Position numbers and translations under genes: made by a program. 64,000 nucleotides of DNA from Candidatus Dormiibacterota bacterium (GTDB taxonomy: Bacteria > Chloroflexota > Dormibacteria > Aeolococcales > Aeolococcaceae). The stretch lies in NCBI GenBank assembly GCA_003153505.1, contig PLZA01000074.1, positions 35,908 through 99,907 on the forward strand, in the 5' to 3' direction. A model generated the notes under the pieces. That model saw only the letters and a list, made by a program, of their open reading frames with translations. It did no database searches and was not told the origin of the DNA. Positions 36,867-45,288 of this stretch are shown here, piece after piece (position 1 is the stretch's first letter; every line of letters begins with the position of its first letter).

Positions 36867-36917
36867 ATGGCTGTGCTTGAACAGCTCGCCATACTGCGCG
36901 CAGGCATGATGCGATGA
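36867..36917 (+). CDS. 16-codon leader ORF overlapping the hypF start
   Basis: AGGAGG at 36856-36861, a 5-nt spacer, then ATG 36867. Product MAVLEQLAILRAGMMR. Its TGA (36915-36917) overlaps the hypF ATG (36914-36916) as ATGA. hypF has no Shine-Dalgarno sequence (SD, ribosome-binding site) of its own. Confidence 0.4.
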   Translation: MAVLEQLAILRAGMMR

Positions 36918-39274
36918 GCCTTGTAACCCAACCACCGGCAGCCCGCGCGTCGGATGCGAACGCACCAGCGCGCTCTGCTGCGGAGCGGCGGCGCTTTGAG
37001 GTTCGCGGCGTCGTCCAGGGGGTGGGGTTCCGCCCATTCGTCTGGAATCTGGCGACCCGGCTCGGGCTCGACGGCTGGGTCCGCAACACGTCGGGGGGCG
37101 TGGTGATCGAAGTTGAGGGCAGCAGCCCGGTGCTCGACGCGTTCGCAAGTGCGTTGCGCGCCGAGGCGCCTCGCCTGGCGCGTATCGACACAGTTGAGAC
37201 GGCGCCGCTCGATCCGGGGGGGGAGAGGGGCTTTGGCATCGTTGCGAGCCGCGCGGTCGATGGCGACTATCAGCCCATCGCTCCCGATGCGGCGACCTGC
37301 CCCGAATGCGTCGCCGATGTCCTCGATCCGGCCAATCGCCGCTATGGCTATGCGTTCACCAACTGCACGAACTGTGGCCCCCGCTTCACGATTATCGAAG
37401 ACGTCCCGTACGACCGGCCGCTGACGACCATGCGCCGCTTCGAGATGTGCGATGCCTGCAGACGGGAGTATGAGGACCCCGCAGACCGGCGCTTTCACTC
37501 GCAACCGAATGCATGTCCGGCATGCGGTCCACGTCTCTGGTGGGCCGACGCTCGAGGTGTCGAACTCCCGGGAGACGCGATAGAGCGTGCGGCGGCTGTA
37601 GTGGCCCGCGGAGCGATCATCGCGCTCAAGGGCTTGGGAGGCTTTCAGCTCTGCTGTGACGCGACCAACCAGGGTGCGGTGGAGCGGCTGCGTCATCGCA
37701 AGCACCGGCCGGCCAAGCCGTTCGCCATCATGTGCGCGGAGGTCGCGATGGTGAGGGACCTGTGCGCGGTCAGCGACGTGGAGGCGGCCTTGCTCGAGGG
37801 GCCGGCGCGGCCGATCGTGCTGCTCCAGCGGCGCCGGGAGGGCAGCGATCTGATTGCGCCGTCGGTGGCACCCAGCCTGAACGAGCTCGGTGTGATGCTC
37901 CCGTACACGCCCCTTCACCATCTGCTGCTGCGCGCTGCAGGGGGACCGCTGGTCATGACCAGCGGCAACATGAGCGAGGAGCCGATCGCCAAGGACAACT
38001 TCGAGGCCGTGGAACGCCTCGGCACCATCGCCGACACCTTCCTGCTGCACGACCGGGACATCTACGCTCGCTACGACGACTCCGTCGTGCGCGTTGTTGA
38101 CGGGACCATGCACATGGTGCGCCGTGCCCGTGGATACTGCCCGCTGCCCCTGGGACTCGAGGTCGGCAACGCGCACGTGCTCGCGCTGGGCGCACACCTC
38201 AAGAACACCTTCTGCGTGCTGCACGACGGCAACGCGTTCACGGGTCCGCATATCGGAGATCTCGACAGCCCGCGGACACTCGGTCATCAGGACGAGGCGT
38301 TGCGGACATACCTTCGCCTGTTCCGCACCAGCCCCGACACCGTGGTCGCCGACCTGCACCCGGATTACGCGTCGACGCGTCTCGCTGAACACTGGTGGGC
38401 GTCCGGCGCACGCGCGGTCCGTGTGCAGCATCATCACGCACACATCGCCAGCGTCCTGGCCGAGCACGGGTTGCGCGGCAATGTGCTCGGCGTCGCATTC
38501 GACGGGGTCGGCCTGGGCCCGGACCATTCGATCTGGGGTGGCGAGTTCCTTCTCTGCGATGAGCGCACCTACCGGCGCGCCGGTCACATCGCGGCGGTGC
38601 GCCAGCCCGGCGGCGACGCCTGCGCTCGCGAAGGATGGCGCATGGCGATCGCATACCTCGCGGCGGCCGGTGATCTCCGGGACACGTCGCCTGCGTGGTT
38701 CCGCGATGCTCCTGGCGCGCCGGACGAGCGGCAATGGCGGCTGGTGTCTCGCCTGGCATGTTCGGAAACCGCCGCCATCACGACCAGTGCGGGCCGTCTC
38801 TTCGACGCAGTCGCCAGCCTGATCGGGGTCGCCCAGGAATCGACCTTCGAGGCCGAGGCGGCGATGCGACTCGAAGCTCTGGCCACCTCGGCCGGCGACC
38901 TCGCGTCTGCGGAGACGCTTGACGTCGCCGCCGGCGGCGACCCCCTCGTCCTCGACACGGTCACGCTGGTCAGCGCGCTCTTCCACGAGCGCCGGCGAGG
39001 CCGGGCAATGGCGGAGCTCGCGGCCATGTTCCACGAGAGCCTGGCCCGAGCCATCGCGGGCGCATGCCTGCGACTCGGGGGAGATCTCGGCGTCAACCGG
39101 ATCGCGCTGAGCGGTGGCGTCTTTCAGAACGCTCTGCTGCTGAGCCGCGTCGGGCACCTCTTGCGCGAGCGCGGCCTTTTCGTTTACACCAATCACGAGG
39201 TCCCGGCCAACGACGGCGGCATCAGCCTGGGCCAGGCGCTGGTCGCGGCATCACTCTCCCGGGAGGCGACGTGA
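36914..39274 (+). CDS. hypF: [NiFe]-hydrogenase maturation carbamoyltransferase HypF
   Basis: Acylphosphatase domain (FEVRGVVQGVGFRPFVW). Two CxxC...CxxC zinc fingers (CPECVADV...CTNCGPRF; CDACRREY...CPACGPRL). YrdC-like and Kae1-like domains. Confidence 0.95.
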   Translation: MSLVTQPPAARASDANAPARSAAERRRFEVRGVVQGVGFRPFVWNLATRLGLDGWVRNTSGGVVIEVEGSSPVLDAFASALRAEAPRLARIDTVETAPLDPGGERGFGIVASRAVDGDYQPIAPDAATCPECVADVLDPANRRYGYAFTNCTNCGPRFTIIEDVPYDRPLTTMRRFEMCDACRREYEDPADRRFHSQPNACPACGPRLWWADARGVELPGDAIERAAAVVARGAIIALKGLGGFQLCCDATNQGAVERLRHRKHRPAKPFAIMCAEVAMVRDLCAVSDVEAALLEGPARPIVLLQRRREGSDLIAPSVAPSLNELGVMLPYTPLHHLLLRAAGGPLVMTSGNMSEEPIAKDNFEAVERLGTIADTFLLHDRDIYARYDDSVVRVVDGTMHMVRRARGYCPLPLGLEVGNAHVLALGAHLKNTFCVLHDGNAFTGPHIGDLDSPRTLGHQDEALRTYLRLFRTSPDTVVADLHPDYASTRLAEHWWASGARAVRVQHHHAHIASVLAEHGLRGNVLGVAFDGVGLGPDHSIWGGEFLLCDERTYRRAGHIAAVRQPGGDACAREGWRMAIAYLAAAGDLRDTSPAWFRDAPGAPDERQWRLVSRLACSETAAITTSAGRLFDAVASLIGVAQESTFEAEAAMRLEALATSAGDLASAETLDVAAGGDPLVLDTVTLVSALFHERRRGRAMAELAAMFHESLARAIAGACLRLGGDLGVNRIALSGGVFQNALLLSRVGHLLRERGLFVYTNHEVPANDGGISLGQALVAASLSREAT

Positions 39275-39275
39275 G

Positions 39276-39911
39276 ATGACGGTGCAGGTGCAACCCGACC
39301 GTGAGGCGGCCCTCGCCAACGGACGTGCCTTCCTGATCGCCCGTGTCAGGGATTCGAATCTCGCGGGCGAGGCCTTTTTCGGCGGTCACGCGCAGGCGAT
39401 CGCCGCCTGTGCAGCGACCATGGCCGATCACTTCTTCACCGGGGCCACGCTGCTGGTGTTCGGTTCGGGCCCCCACGCGACCGACGCACAGCACAACGCC
39501 GTCGAGTTTGTTCACCCGGTCCTGCCGGGCTGCCGTGCGCTCCCCGCGCTCTCGCTGACCAACGACATGGCGACGGTCACCGGGCTCCTGCAGACTGACG
39601 CCGCTGCAGATGTGTATGCGCATCAGCTCCGGATCCTCGGTCGTCCGGGGGATATCGCCCTCGCCTTGGCGCATGCGCCAGTGCACCCCTCGATCAGCCG
39701 GGGGCTCGAGGCCGGTCGAGCGGCCGGCATGCTCACCGTCGCACTCACATCCGGTGACGAGAGCGTGGAACGCGAGCACGTGGACTATGTGTTTCACGCC
39801 CAGGGAAGCGATCGGGCCGCCGCCCACGAACTCCACCTCGCGACCTATCACATGCTCTGGGAACTCGTGCACATCGTCCTCAATCATCGTGGCATCAGAG
39901 CGGTCTCATGA
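39276..39911 (+). CDS. SIS-domain (GmhA/phosphoheptose-isomerase-like) protein, divergent loop (SIS-1)
   Basis: SIS-fold pattern with FGSGPHATDAQHNAVEF in place of GNGGSA..AQH. ATG lies 1 nt after the hypF stop. Confidence 0.7.
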   Translation: MTVQVQPDREAALANGRAFLIARVRDSNLAGEAFFGGHAQAIAACAATMADHFFTGATLLVFGSGPHATDAQHNAVEFVHPVLPGCRALPALSLTNDMATVTGLLQTDAAADVYAHQLRILGRPGDIALALAHAPVHPSISRGLEAGRAAGMLTVALTSGDESVEREHVDYVFHAQGSDRAAAHELHLATYHMLWELVHIVLNHRGIRAVS

Positions 39912-40135
39912 GCACTGAGTGCCACGACGAAGTCTGCATCACGTGCTCCGACCAGCTGCTCAGCCTGATCGTCACCGGTGTCGACCTCGATGCGAGCGTC
40001 GCCCGAGGGACCGTTGACGGATTGGCGACGGAAGTCGGCATCGAACTGATCGACGAAGTGCTGGTAGGCGACGTGCTGCTCTGCCACGGGGGAGTGGCGC
40101 TGCAGCGGAGCGCGCCGTTGGAGGTGGGGGCATGA
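39908..40135 (+). CDS. HypC/HupF-family chaperone paralog with an atypical Cys-rich N-terminus
   Basis: ATGA overlaps on both sides. The C-terminal body is HypC-like (VGDVLLCHGGVAL). The N-terminus is MSTECHDEVCITCSDQ instead of MCLAIP. Confidence 0.7.
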   Translation: MSTECHDEVCITCSDQLLSLIVTGVDLDASVARGTVDGLATEVGIELIDEVLVGDVLLCHGGVALQRSAPLEVGA

Positions 40136-40809
40136 GCGATTCGGGGCGCGATCCATTCTCGCAACTGCTGTATCCGATGTTGAGCTCGCAGCCGGCCGCC
40201 GGTGATGACCTCGTCCTCGAACTCGCGCGTGCGCCGCTCGAGAAGTCGGCGGAGAGCAACCGGCTCCGCGTGGAGATGCTTGAAGAGTTCGGTGACGAGA
40301 TCGTGACCACCGCAGAGGAGATGGCCGTCGCGTTCGACCGCGGCGGCCGCCTGCTGGCACTCGGCAACGGGGGTAGTGCCACCTCAGCCGCGGACATGGT
40401 CACAGAACTGCTGGTGCCGCCACCGGGCGGCCGGCCGATCCCCGCGCTGTGTCTCACCAACGACATCGCGGTGGTCACCGGCATCGGCAATGACATCGGG
40501 TTCGGCGATGTCTTCCTGCGCCAGATCATCGCCCTGGGACGGCCCGATGACGTCGTGCTCGCGGTGTCGGCGAGTGGGAACTCCGAGAACCTTGTCCGAG
40601 GACTCGGAGAGGCACGACGTCGCGGCATGAGCACGATCGCGATCTGCGGGTACGACGGCGGACGCCTCGCCCGCGAACCGGTCGCTGACCATTGCTTCAT
40701 CGTTCGATCCAGCAGCGTCCATCGGATCCAGGAGGTGCAGATGACGCTCTATCACCTCCTCAGCGAGTTGGTGCAGCGCGCATTTGGAGGAGAGCCGGCA
40801 TGTGTCTAG
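40132..40809 (+). CDS. SIS-domain (GmhA-like) protein (SIS-2)
   Basis: Canonical LLALGNGGSATSAADMVTEL and VLAVSASGNSENLV blocks. Confidence 0.8.
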   Translation: MSDSGRDPFSQLLYPMLSSQPAAGDDLVLELARAPLEKSAESNRLRVEMLEEFGDEIVTTAEEMAVAFDRGGRLLALGNGGSATSAADMVTELLVPPPGGRPIPALCLTNDIAVVTGIGNDIGFGDVFLRQIIALGRPDDVVLAVSASGNSENLVRGLGEARRRGMSTIAICGYDGGRLAREPVADHCFIVRSSSVHRIQEVQMTLYHLLSELVQRAFGGEPACV

Positions 40810-41126
40810 CCATTCCCGCCCGCCTCGTCGAATACGTCGACGGGGATCGCATGTACGGCAAGGTGGAGCTCGGCGGCGTGCAGCGCCGGATCAACACCTC
40901 ACTGCTGGTGGGCGAGGACGCGACCGAGCCCGGGGAGTACGTGCTCGTGCACGTCGGCTTCGCGTTGAGCCGCGTCAGCGAGACCGAGGCAGCGGAGACG
41001 CTGCGCATCCTCGAGGAGATGGGCGCGGCCTACCACGATGAGGTGCAGCAGATCCGCGAGTGGCAGTCGACGGAGGAGGAGCTCGTCGGCACCGATTACC
41101 GGCAGAGCGATGGGACCCCCGTATGA
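40800..41126 (+). CDS. hypC: Hydrogenase maturation chaperone HypC
   Basis: Trimmed to ATG 40800 behind GGAGGAG. Canonical MCLAIPARLVEYV and GEYVLVHVGFAL. A long acidic C-terminal extension. It overlaps SIS-2 by 10 nt. Confidence 0.9.
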   Translation: MCLAIPARLVEYVDGDRMYGKVELGGVQRRINTSLLVGEDATEPGEYVLVHVGFALSRVSETEAAETLRILEEMGAAYHDEVQQIREWQSTEEELVGTDYRQSDGTPV

Positions 41127-42337
41127 AATTCGCCGACGAATTCCGCGATGCCGATCTCGCCCGCGCTCTCGCTGCGCGCATCGCCGGAGAGGCCGGCGAC
41201 AAGCACTGGAAGATCATGGAGGTGTGCGGCGGACACACCCACACGATCTTCAAGTACGGCATCGAGGACCTGCTGCCGAGCAACGTGGAACTGGTGCACG
41301 GCCCCGGCTGCCCCGTCTGCGTGATCCCGATGGGGCGTGTCGATGACGGCATCGCGGTTGCGCATGAGCCCGGAGTCATCTTCACGTGCTTCGGCGATCT
41401 GATGCGCGTCCCGGGCAGCGACGGCAGTCTTCTTGACGCCAAGGCTGCTGGTGCCGATGTCCGGATGGTGTATTCGCCACTCGACGCACTGAAGATCGCG
41501 CAGCAGAATCCCGACAAGAAGGTCGTGTTCTACGCGATCGGCTTCGAGACCACAGCGCCGTCGACGGCATTGACGTTGCTGCGAGCAAAGGCCGAGGGGA
41601 TACGCAACCTCTTTGTATTCTGTAACCACGTCACGATCATCCCGCCCATGAAGGCGATTCTCGACTCGCCAGACCTGCGGCTCGACGGCTTCCTCGGCCC
41701 CGGACACGTGTCCACCGTGGTCGGCATCAGACCCTTCGAGTTCGTGACCAACACGTACAACAAGCCGGTGGTGGTCGTCGGATTCGAGCCGCTCGATATC
41801 CTCCAGGGTGTCCACATGATCATGCAGCAGATACAGGAGGGTCGCTGCGAAGTCGAGAACCAGTACCGGCGCGTCGTCCACGACGACGGCAACCCCAAGG
41901 CGCTCGAGGTGCTTGCGCGCGTGTTCAAGCTGCGCTCGCATTTCGAATGGCGCGGTCTCGGCTTCATCAGCCAGAGCGCGCTCGAACTGCGCGACGAGTT
42001 CGCCGACCATGACGCCGAGAAGGTCTTCTCGGTCCCGGGCGTCCGTGTCGCCGATCCCAAGGCATGCCAGTGCGGGGAGGTCCTCAAGGGCGTCCTGAAG
42101 CCCTGGGAGTGCAAGGTATTCGGCACCGCATGCACGCCGGAAACCCCGATCGGGACCTGCATGGTCTCGTCCGAAGGGGCATGTGCCGCGTACTACAACT
42201 TCGGCCGGTACTCGCGTGCACGAGATCGCGAGCGCGTGCTGGCATCGGGCGAGCGCCCGGCGGGAAACGGTAACGGCACCGCCAACGGCGCCGTCGCGGA
42301 GCGCGACCTGCGCGCGATTCCGGTGCAGACGCGATGA
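41123..42337 (+). CDS. hypD: Hydrogenase maturation protein HypD
   Basis: MKFADEFRD..., MEVCGGHTH, GPGCPVCV, FETTAPS, GPGHVS motifs. ATGA overlap with hypC. Confidence 0.95.
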   Translation: MKFADEFRDADLARALAARIAGEAGDKHWKIMEVCGGHTHTIFKYGIEDLLPSNVELVHGPGCPVCVIPMGRVDDGIAVAHEPGVIFTCFGDLMRVPGSDGSLLDAKAAGADVRMVYSPLDALKIAQQNPDKKVVFYAIGFETTAPSTALTLLRAKAEGIRNLFVFCNHVTIIPPMKAILDSPDLRLDGFLGPGHVSTVVGIRPFEFVTNTYNKPVVVVGFEPLDILQGVHMIMQQIQEGRCEVENQYRRVVHDDGNPKALEVLARVFKLRSHFEWRGLGFISQSALELRDEFADHDAEKVFSVPGVRVADPKACQCGEVLKGVLKPWECKVFGTACTPETPIGTCMVSSEGACAAYYNFGRYSRARDRERVLASGERPAGNGNGTANGAVAERDLRAIPVQTR

Positions 42338-43479
42338 CCGAGACCGTCGTCGAGCCGGGCAGCGGCGCCGCGATCAATGCCGCCTCGGCGCGCATCTCGG
42401 ACCCCGAACAGCGGGTGCTCGAGCGCATCGCCGAGATTCGCAAGCGCAAGCCGATGCTGCGTGAGGACGCGATCACCATGAGTCACGGCGCCGGAGGCAA
42501 GGCCAGCCACACGCTGGTCACCGCGCTGTTCGGGGAGATCCTCAGCAACCCGGTGCTCGACCAGCTCGGCGATCAGGCTGTGCTTGCGCTCCCCGGCGTC
42601 CACAACATGGGGCTGGCCGTCACCACCGATTCGTTCGTCGTGAGCCCGCTCTTCTTCCCGGGCGGCGATATCGGCGAGCTCGCCGTCAACGGGACCATCA
42701 ACGATCTCGCGGTCGGGGGAGCAACCCCGCTCGGCATCTCGGCAGCGTTCATCCTCGAAGAGGGATTGGACGTCGCGACGCTCCGCCGCGTCGTTGAGTC
42801 CATGCGCCGCGCCGCCGATCGGGCGGGGGTCAACGTCGTCACCGGGGACACCAAGGTCGTGCCCCGCGGCAAGGCGGATCAGCTCTTCATCACGACCACC
42901 GGCGTCGGTGTGGTCGCCCTGCCCCAGCGGATTGCCATCCATCGCGTCGTCCCCGGCGATGTCGTCGTGCTCAGTGGGGCGATGGGCGACCACGGGAGCA
43001 CCGTGATGCTCGCGCGAGGCGACGTCGATCTCGAGGCAGACAACCTGCGCAGCGACACCATGGCGTTGCACGGACTGACCGCAGCGCTGCTTGCGGATGG
43101 GATCGACGTGCACTTCATGCGTGACGCGACCCGTGGCGGCGTGGCGACCGTCCTCAACGAGATCGCGCAGGCGGCCGGCATGGCCGTGGCGATCGACGAG
43201 GCGTCGCTCCCAGTCCACGATGAGGTACGCGGCGTTGCCGAGATCCTCGGGATCGATCCGCTCTATATCGCCAATGAAGGCAAGCTGGTCGCCATCGTGG
43301 CGAAGGAGGACGCGTTGCGGGCTGTCGACCTGATGCGGTCTCGACCGGAGGGTGGTGAAGCGGCCGTGATCGGCGAGGTGCTTGCCGACCCCGAGGGCAT
43401 GGTCTTCATGCACACCGGTTTCGGCGGCACCCGAGTCGTCGACATGCTGATCGGGGATCCGTTGCCCAGGATCTGCTGA
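42334..43479 (+). CDS. hypE: Hydrogenase maturation protein HypE
   Basis: PurM-like fold (MSHGAGGK...) and the diagnostic C-terminal PRIC. ATGA overlap with hypD. Confidence 0.95.
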   Translation: MTETVVEPGSGAAINAASARISDPEQRVLERIAEIRKRKPMLREDAITMSHGAGGKASHTLVTALFGEILSNPVLDQLGDQAVLALPGVHNMGLAVTTDSFVVSPLFFPGGDIGELAVNGTINDLAVGGATPLGISAAFILEEGLDVATLRRVVESMRRAADRAGVNVVTGDTKVVPRGKADQLFITTTGVGVVALPQRIAIHRVVPGDVVVLSGAMGDHGSTVMLARGDVDLEADNLRSDTMALHGLTAALLADGIDVHFMRDATRGGVATVLNEIAQAAGMAVAIDEASLPVHDEVRGVAEILGIDPLYIANEGKLVAIVAKEDALRAVDLMRSRPEGGEAAVIGEVLADPEGMVFMHTGFGGTRVVDMLIGDPLPRIC

Positions 43480-43503
43480 AGGCGGGACGGCGAGCGCGCT
43501 GAC

Positions 43504-45288
43504 GTGCGCCCGGGCAAGCGTACGCGGGCGATTGGAAGATCACGACTAGACTTCCCCGCCGACGTGCTCTCTCGGATTCCGCTCGCCAACCCTGGAGATC
43601 CGGATCTGCGCTCGCCGATCCGTTTCCTCATGTGGATCGCGCGCGGGCAGCGCCGTACCGTCATTGGCGGGGCAGTCTTCGGCGCCGTTTGGATGGGGAC
43701 TCAAGGGGTGATTCCCGCCGCCCTCGGAGAGGCGGTCAACGCCATCATCCGGCGCAACGGGCCGGATCTCGTTCTGTGGGCGGGTGTGGTTCTTGCTCTC
43801 GGGATCCTCCAGGCTGCGGCGGGTGTCCTTCGTCATCGGCGGGCGGTGAGCAACTTTCTCGAGGCATGCGTGCGCGTCCAGCAACTCGTGATCCGCGCCG
43901 CGATCCGTCTCGGCGCGGGGTTGCCGCGCCAGGTCGGCGCCGGTGAGGTCGCGAGTCTGGGCACGACCGACGTGGTGCGTATCGGCAGGCTGCTCGACAT
44001 CAGCGCGCGCGGTACAGGAGCCGTGGTGTCGATCGTGATCGTCGCGGTGATCCTGCTCAGCACCTCACCACAACTCGGCCTGGTGCTCCTCATCGGAGCT
44101 CCAATCTCAGCGCTCCTGATCCTGCCCGCGATGGGTCCCCTTGAACGCCGGCAGCGCGCAGAGCGGCAGCGGCGCGGGGCTGCCTCAGCGGTCGCGGCTG
44201 ACACGGTGGCGGGCCTTCGCGTGCTGCGTGGTCTCGGCGGCGAGGCGGACTTCGCGGCTCGATACCGGCGCGCGTCCCAGGAGGTGCGCCGCGCGACCGT
44301 ACGCACGGCGCTCGTCCAATCACTCCTTGATGGTCTTCAGGTGCTCCTGCCCGGGGCGATCCTGGTGGCGATCACATTTCTCGGCGCCCGGCTGGTGCGG
44401 AGCGGGTCCATCCCACCCGGTGAGCTGGTCGCCGACTACGCCTACGCGGCATTCCTGGCGCTTCCGGTGCAGACGCTGATCCAGGCGGCGAGCATCTGGT
44501 CGGCAGCCACAGTCGCCGCGGGGCGGGTGCTGTCGGTGCTGCGCCTCGACGTGGACATCGCCTCACCGGTGGACGGCGGAGCGGTGCCGCAGGACGATGA
44601 TCTCGTCGACGAGGCGACCGGGCTCATTGCTCCGCAGGCGATGTTGACCGCGGTGGTGATCGCCGATCCCGACCTCGCCAGTTCCACAGCCGCGCGGCTC
44701 GGACGCCTCACCGACACGCCGGGCGATGCGCGAGTGACCCTCGGAGGCGTGGCGCTCGACACCATGCCGCTGGCAGAGGTCCGGCGTCGAATCCTGGTTC
44801 TCGATCGTGATCCCCAGCTCCTCATCGGGACGCTCCGCGACGCAGTCGACGCTCCGAGCGCTCGGGTCGATGAGGCAGAGCAACGGCCCTCCATCGAGCA
44901 GGCGATCGCGGCGGCCTGCGGGGACGACATCGTCAGTGGCCTGGGCGAAGGGCTCGACTCACTCATCTCAGAGCGCGGCCGCTCGCTCTCCGGCGGCCAG
45001 CGCCAGCGAATCGCCCTGGCGGCTGCCCTTCGCGCAGACCCCGATGTCCTGATCCTCGACGAACCGACCAGCGCCGTCGACGCCCACACCGAAGCAGTCA
45101 TCGGGGAACGCCTCGGCGATCTGCGGAGCGGGCGCACCACGGTGATCTTCACCACCAGCCCCCTGCTGCTGGCACGTGCCGGCAAGGTTGTCCTGCTTGA
45201 TGGCGGGTCGCTTGTCTCGGGTACCCACACCACGTTGATGGCGGGCGATGCGCGGTACCGAAGCGCGGTCACCCGAGGCGACGATTGA
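43504..45288 (+). CDS. ABC exporter half-transporter (TMD-NBD) with a degenerate nucleotide-binding site
   Basis: Six-helix TMD, then an NBD with Walker A replaced by VVIADPDLASST and H-loop region TTSPLLL, but a canonical signature LSGGQRQRIALA and Walker B LILDEPTSAVD. The start is uncertain. Confidence 0.85.
   Translation: MRPGKRTRAIGRSRLDFPADVLSRIPLANPGDPDLRSPIRFLMWIARGQRRTVIGGAVFGAVWMGTQGVIPAALGEAVNAIIRRNGPDLVLWAGVVLALGILQAAAGVLRHRRAVSNFLEACVRVQQLVIRAAIRLGAGLPRQVGAGEVASLGTTDVVRIGRLLDISARGTGAVVSIVIVAVILLSTSPQLGLVLLIGAPISALLILPAMGPLERRQRAERQRRGAASAVAADTVAGLRVLRGLGGEADFAARYRRASQEVRRATVRTALVQSLLDGLQVLLPGAILVAITFLGARLVRSGSIPPGELVADYAYAAFLALPVQTLIQAASIWSAATVAAGRVLSVLRLDVDIASPVDGGAVPQDDDLVDEATGLIAPQAMLTAVVIADPDLASSTAARLGRLTDTPGDARVTLGGVALDTMPLAEVRRRILVLDRDPQLLIGTLRDAVDAPSARVDEAEQRPSIEQAIAAACGDDIVSGLGEGLDSLISERGRSLSGGQRQRIALAAALRADPDVLILDEPTSAVDAHTEAVIGERLGDLRSGRTTVIFTTSPLLLARAGKVVLLDGGSLVSGTHTTLMAGDARYRSAVTRGDD

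Noticed and set aside
36854-39196. 780-aa ORF on the - strand
   Set aside because: It is antisense to hypF, whose domains are unmistakable, and no family features appear in the antisense translation. The same reasoning applies to 55738..57636 (antisense to treY), 54306..55799 (antisense to glgX), 21240..22451 (antisense to the MFS gene), 42193..43413 (antisense to hypE), 10131..11456 (antisense to the PLD gene) and 28027..29301 (antisense to the SDR gene).
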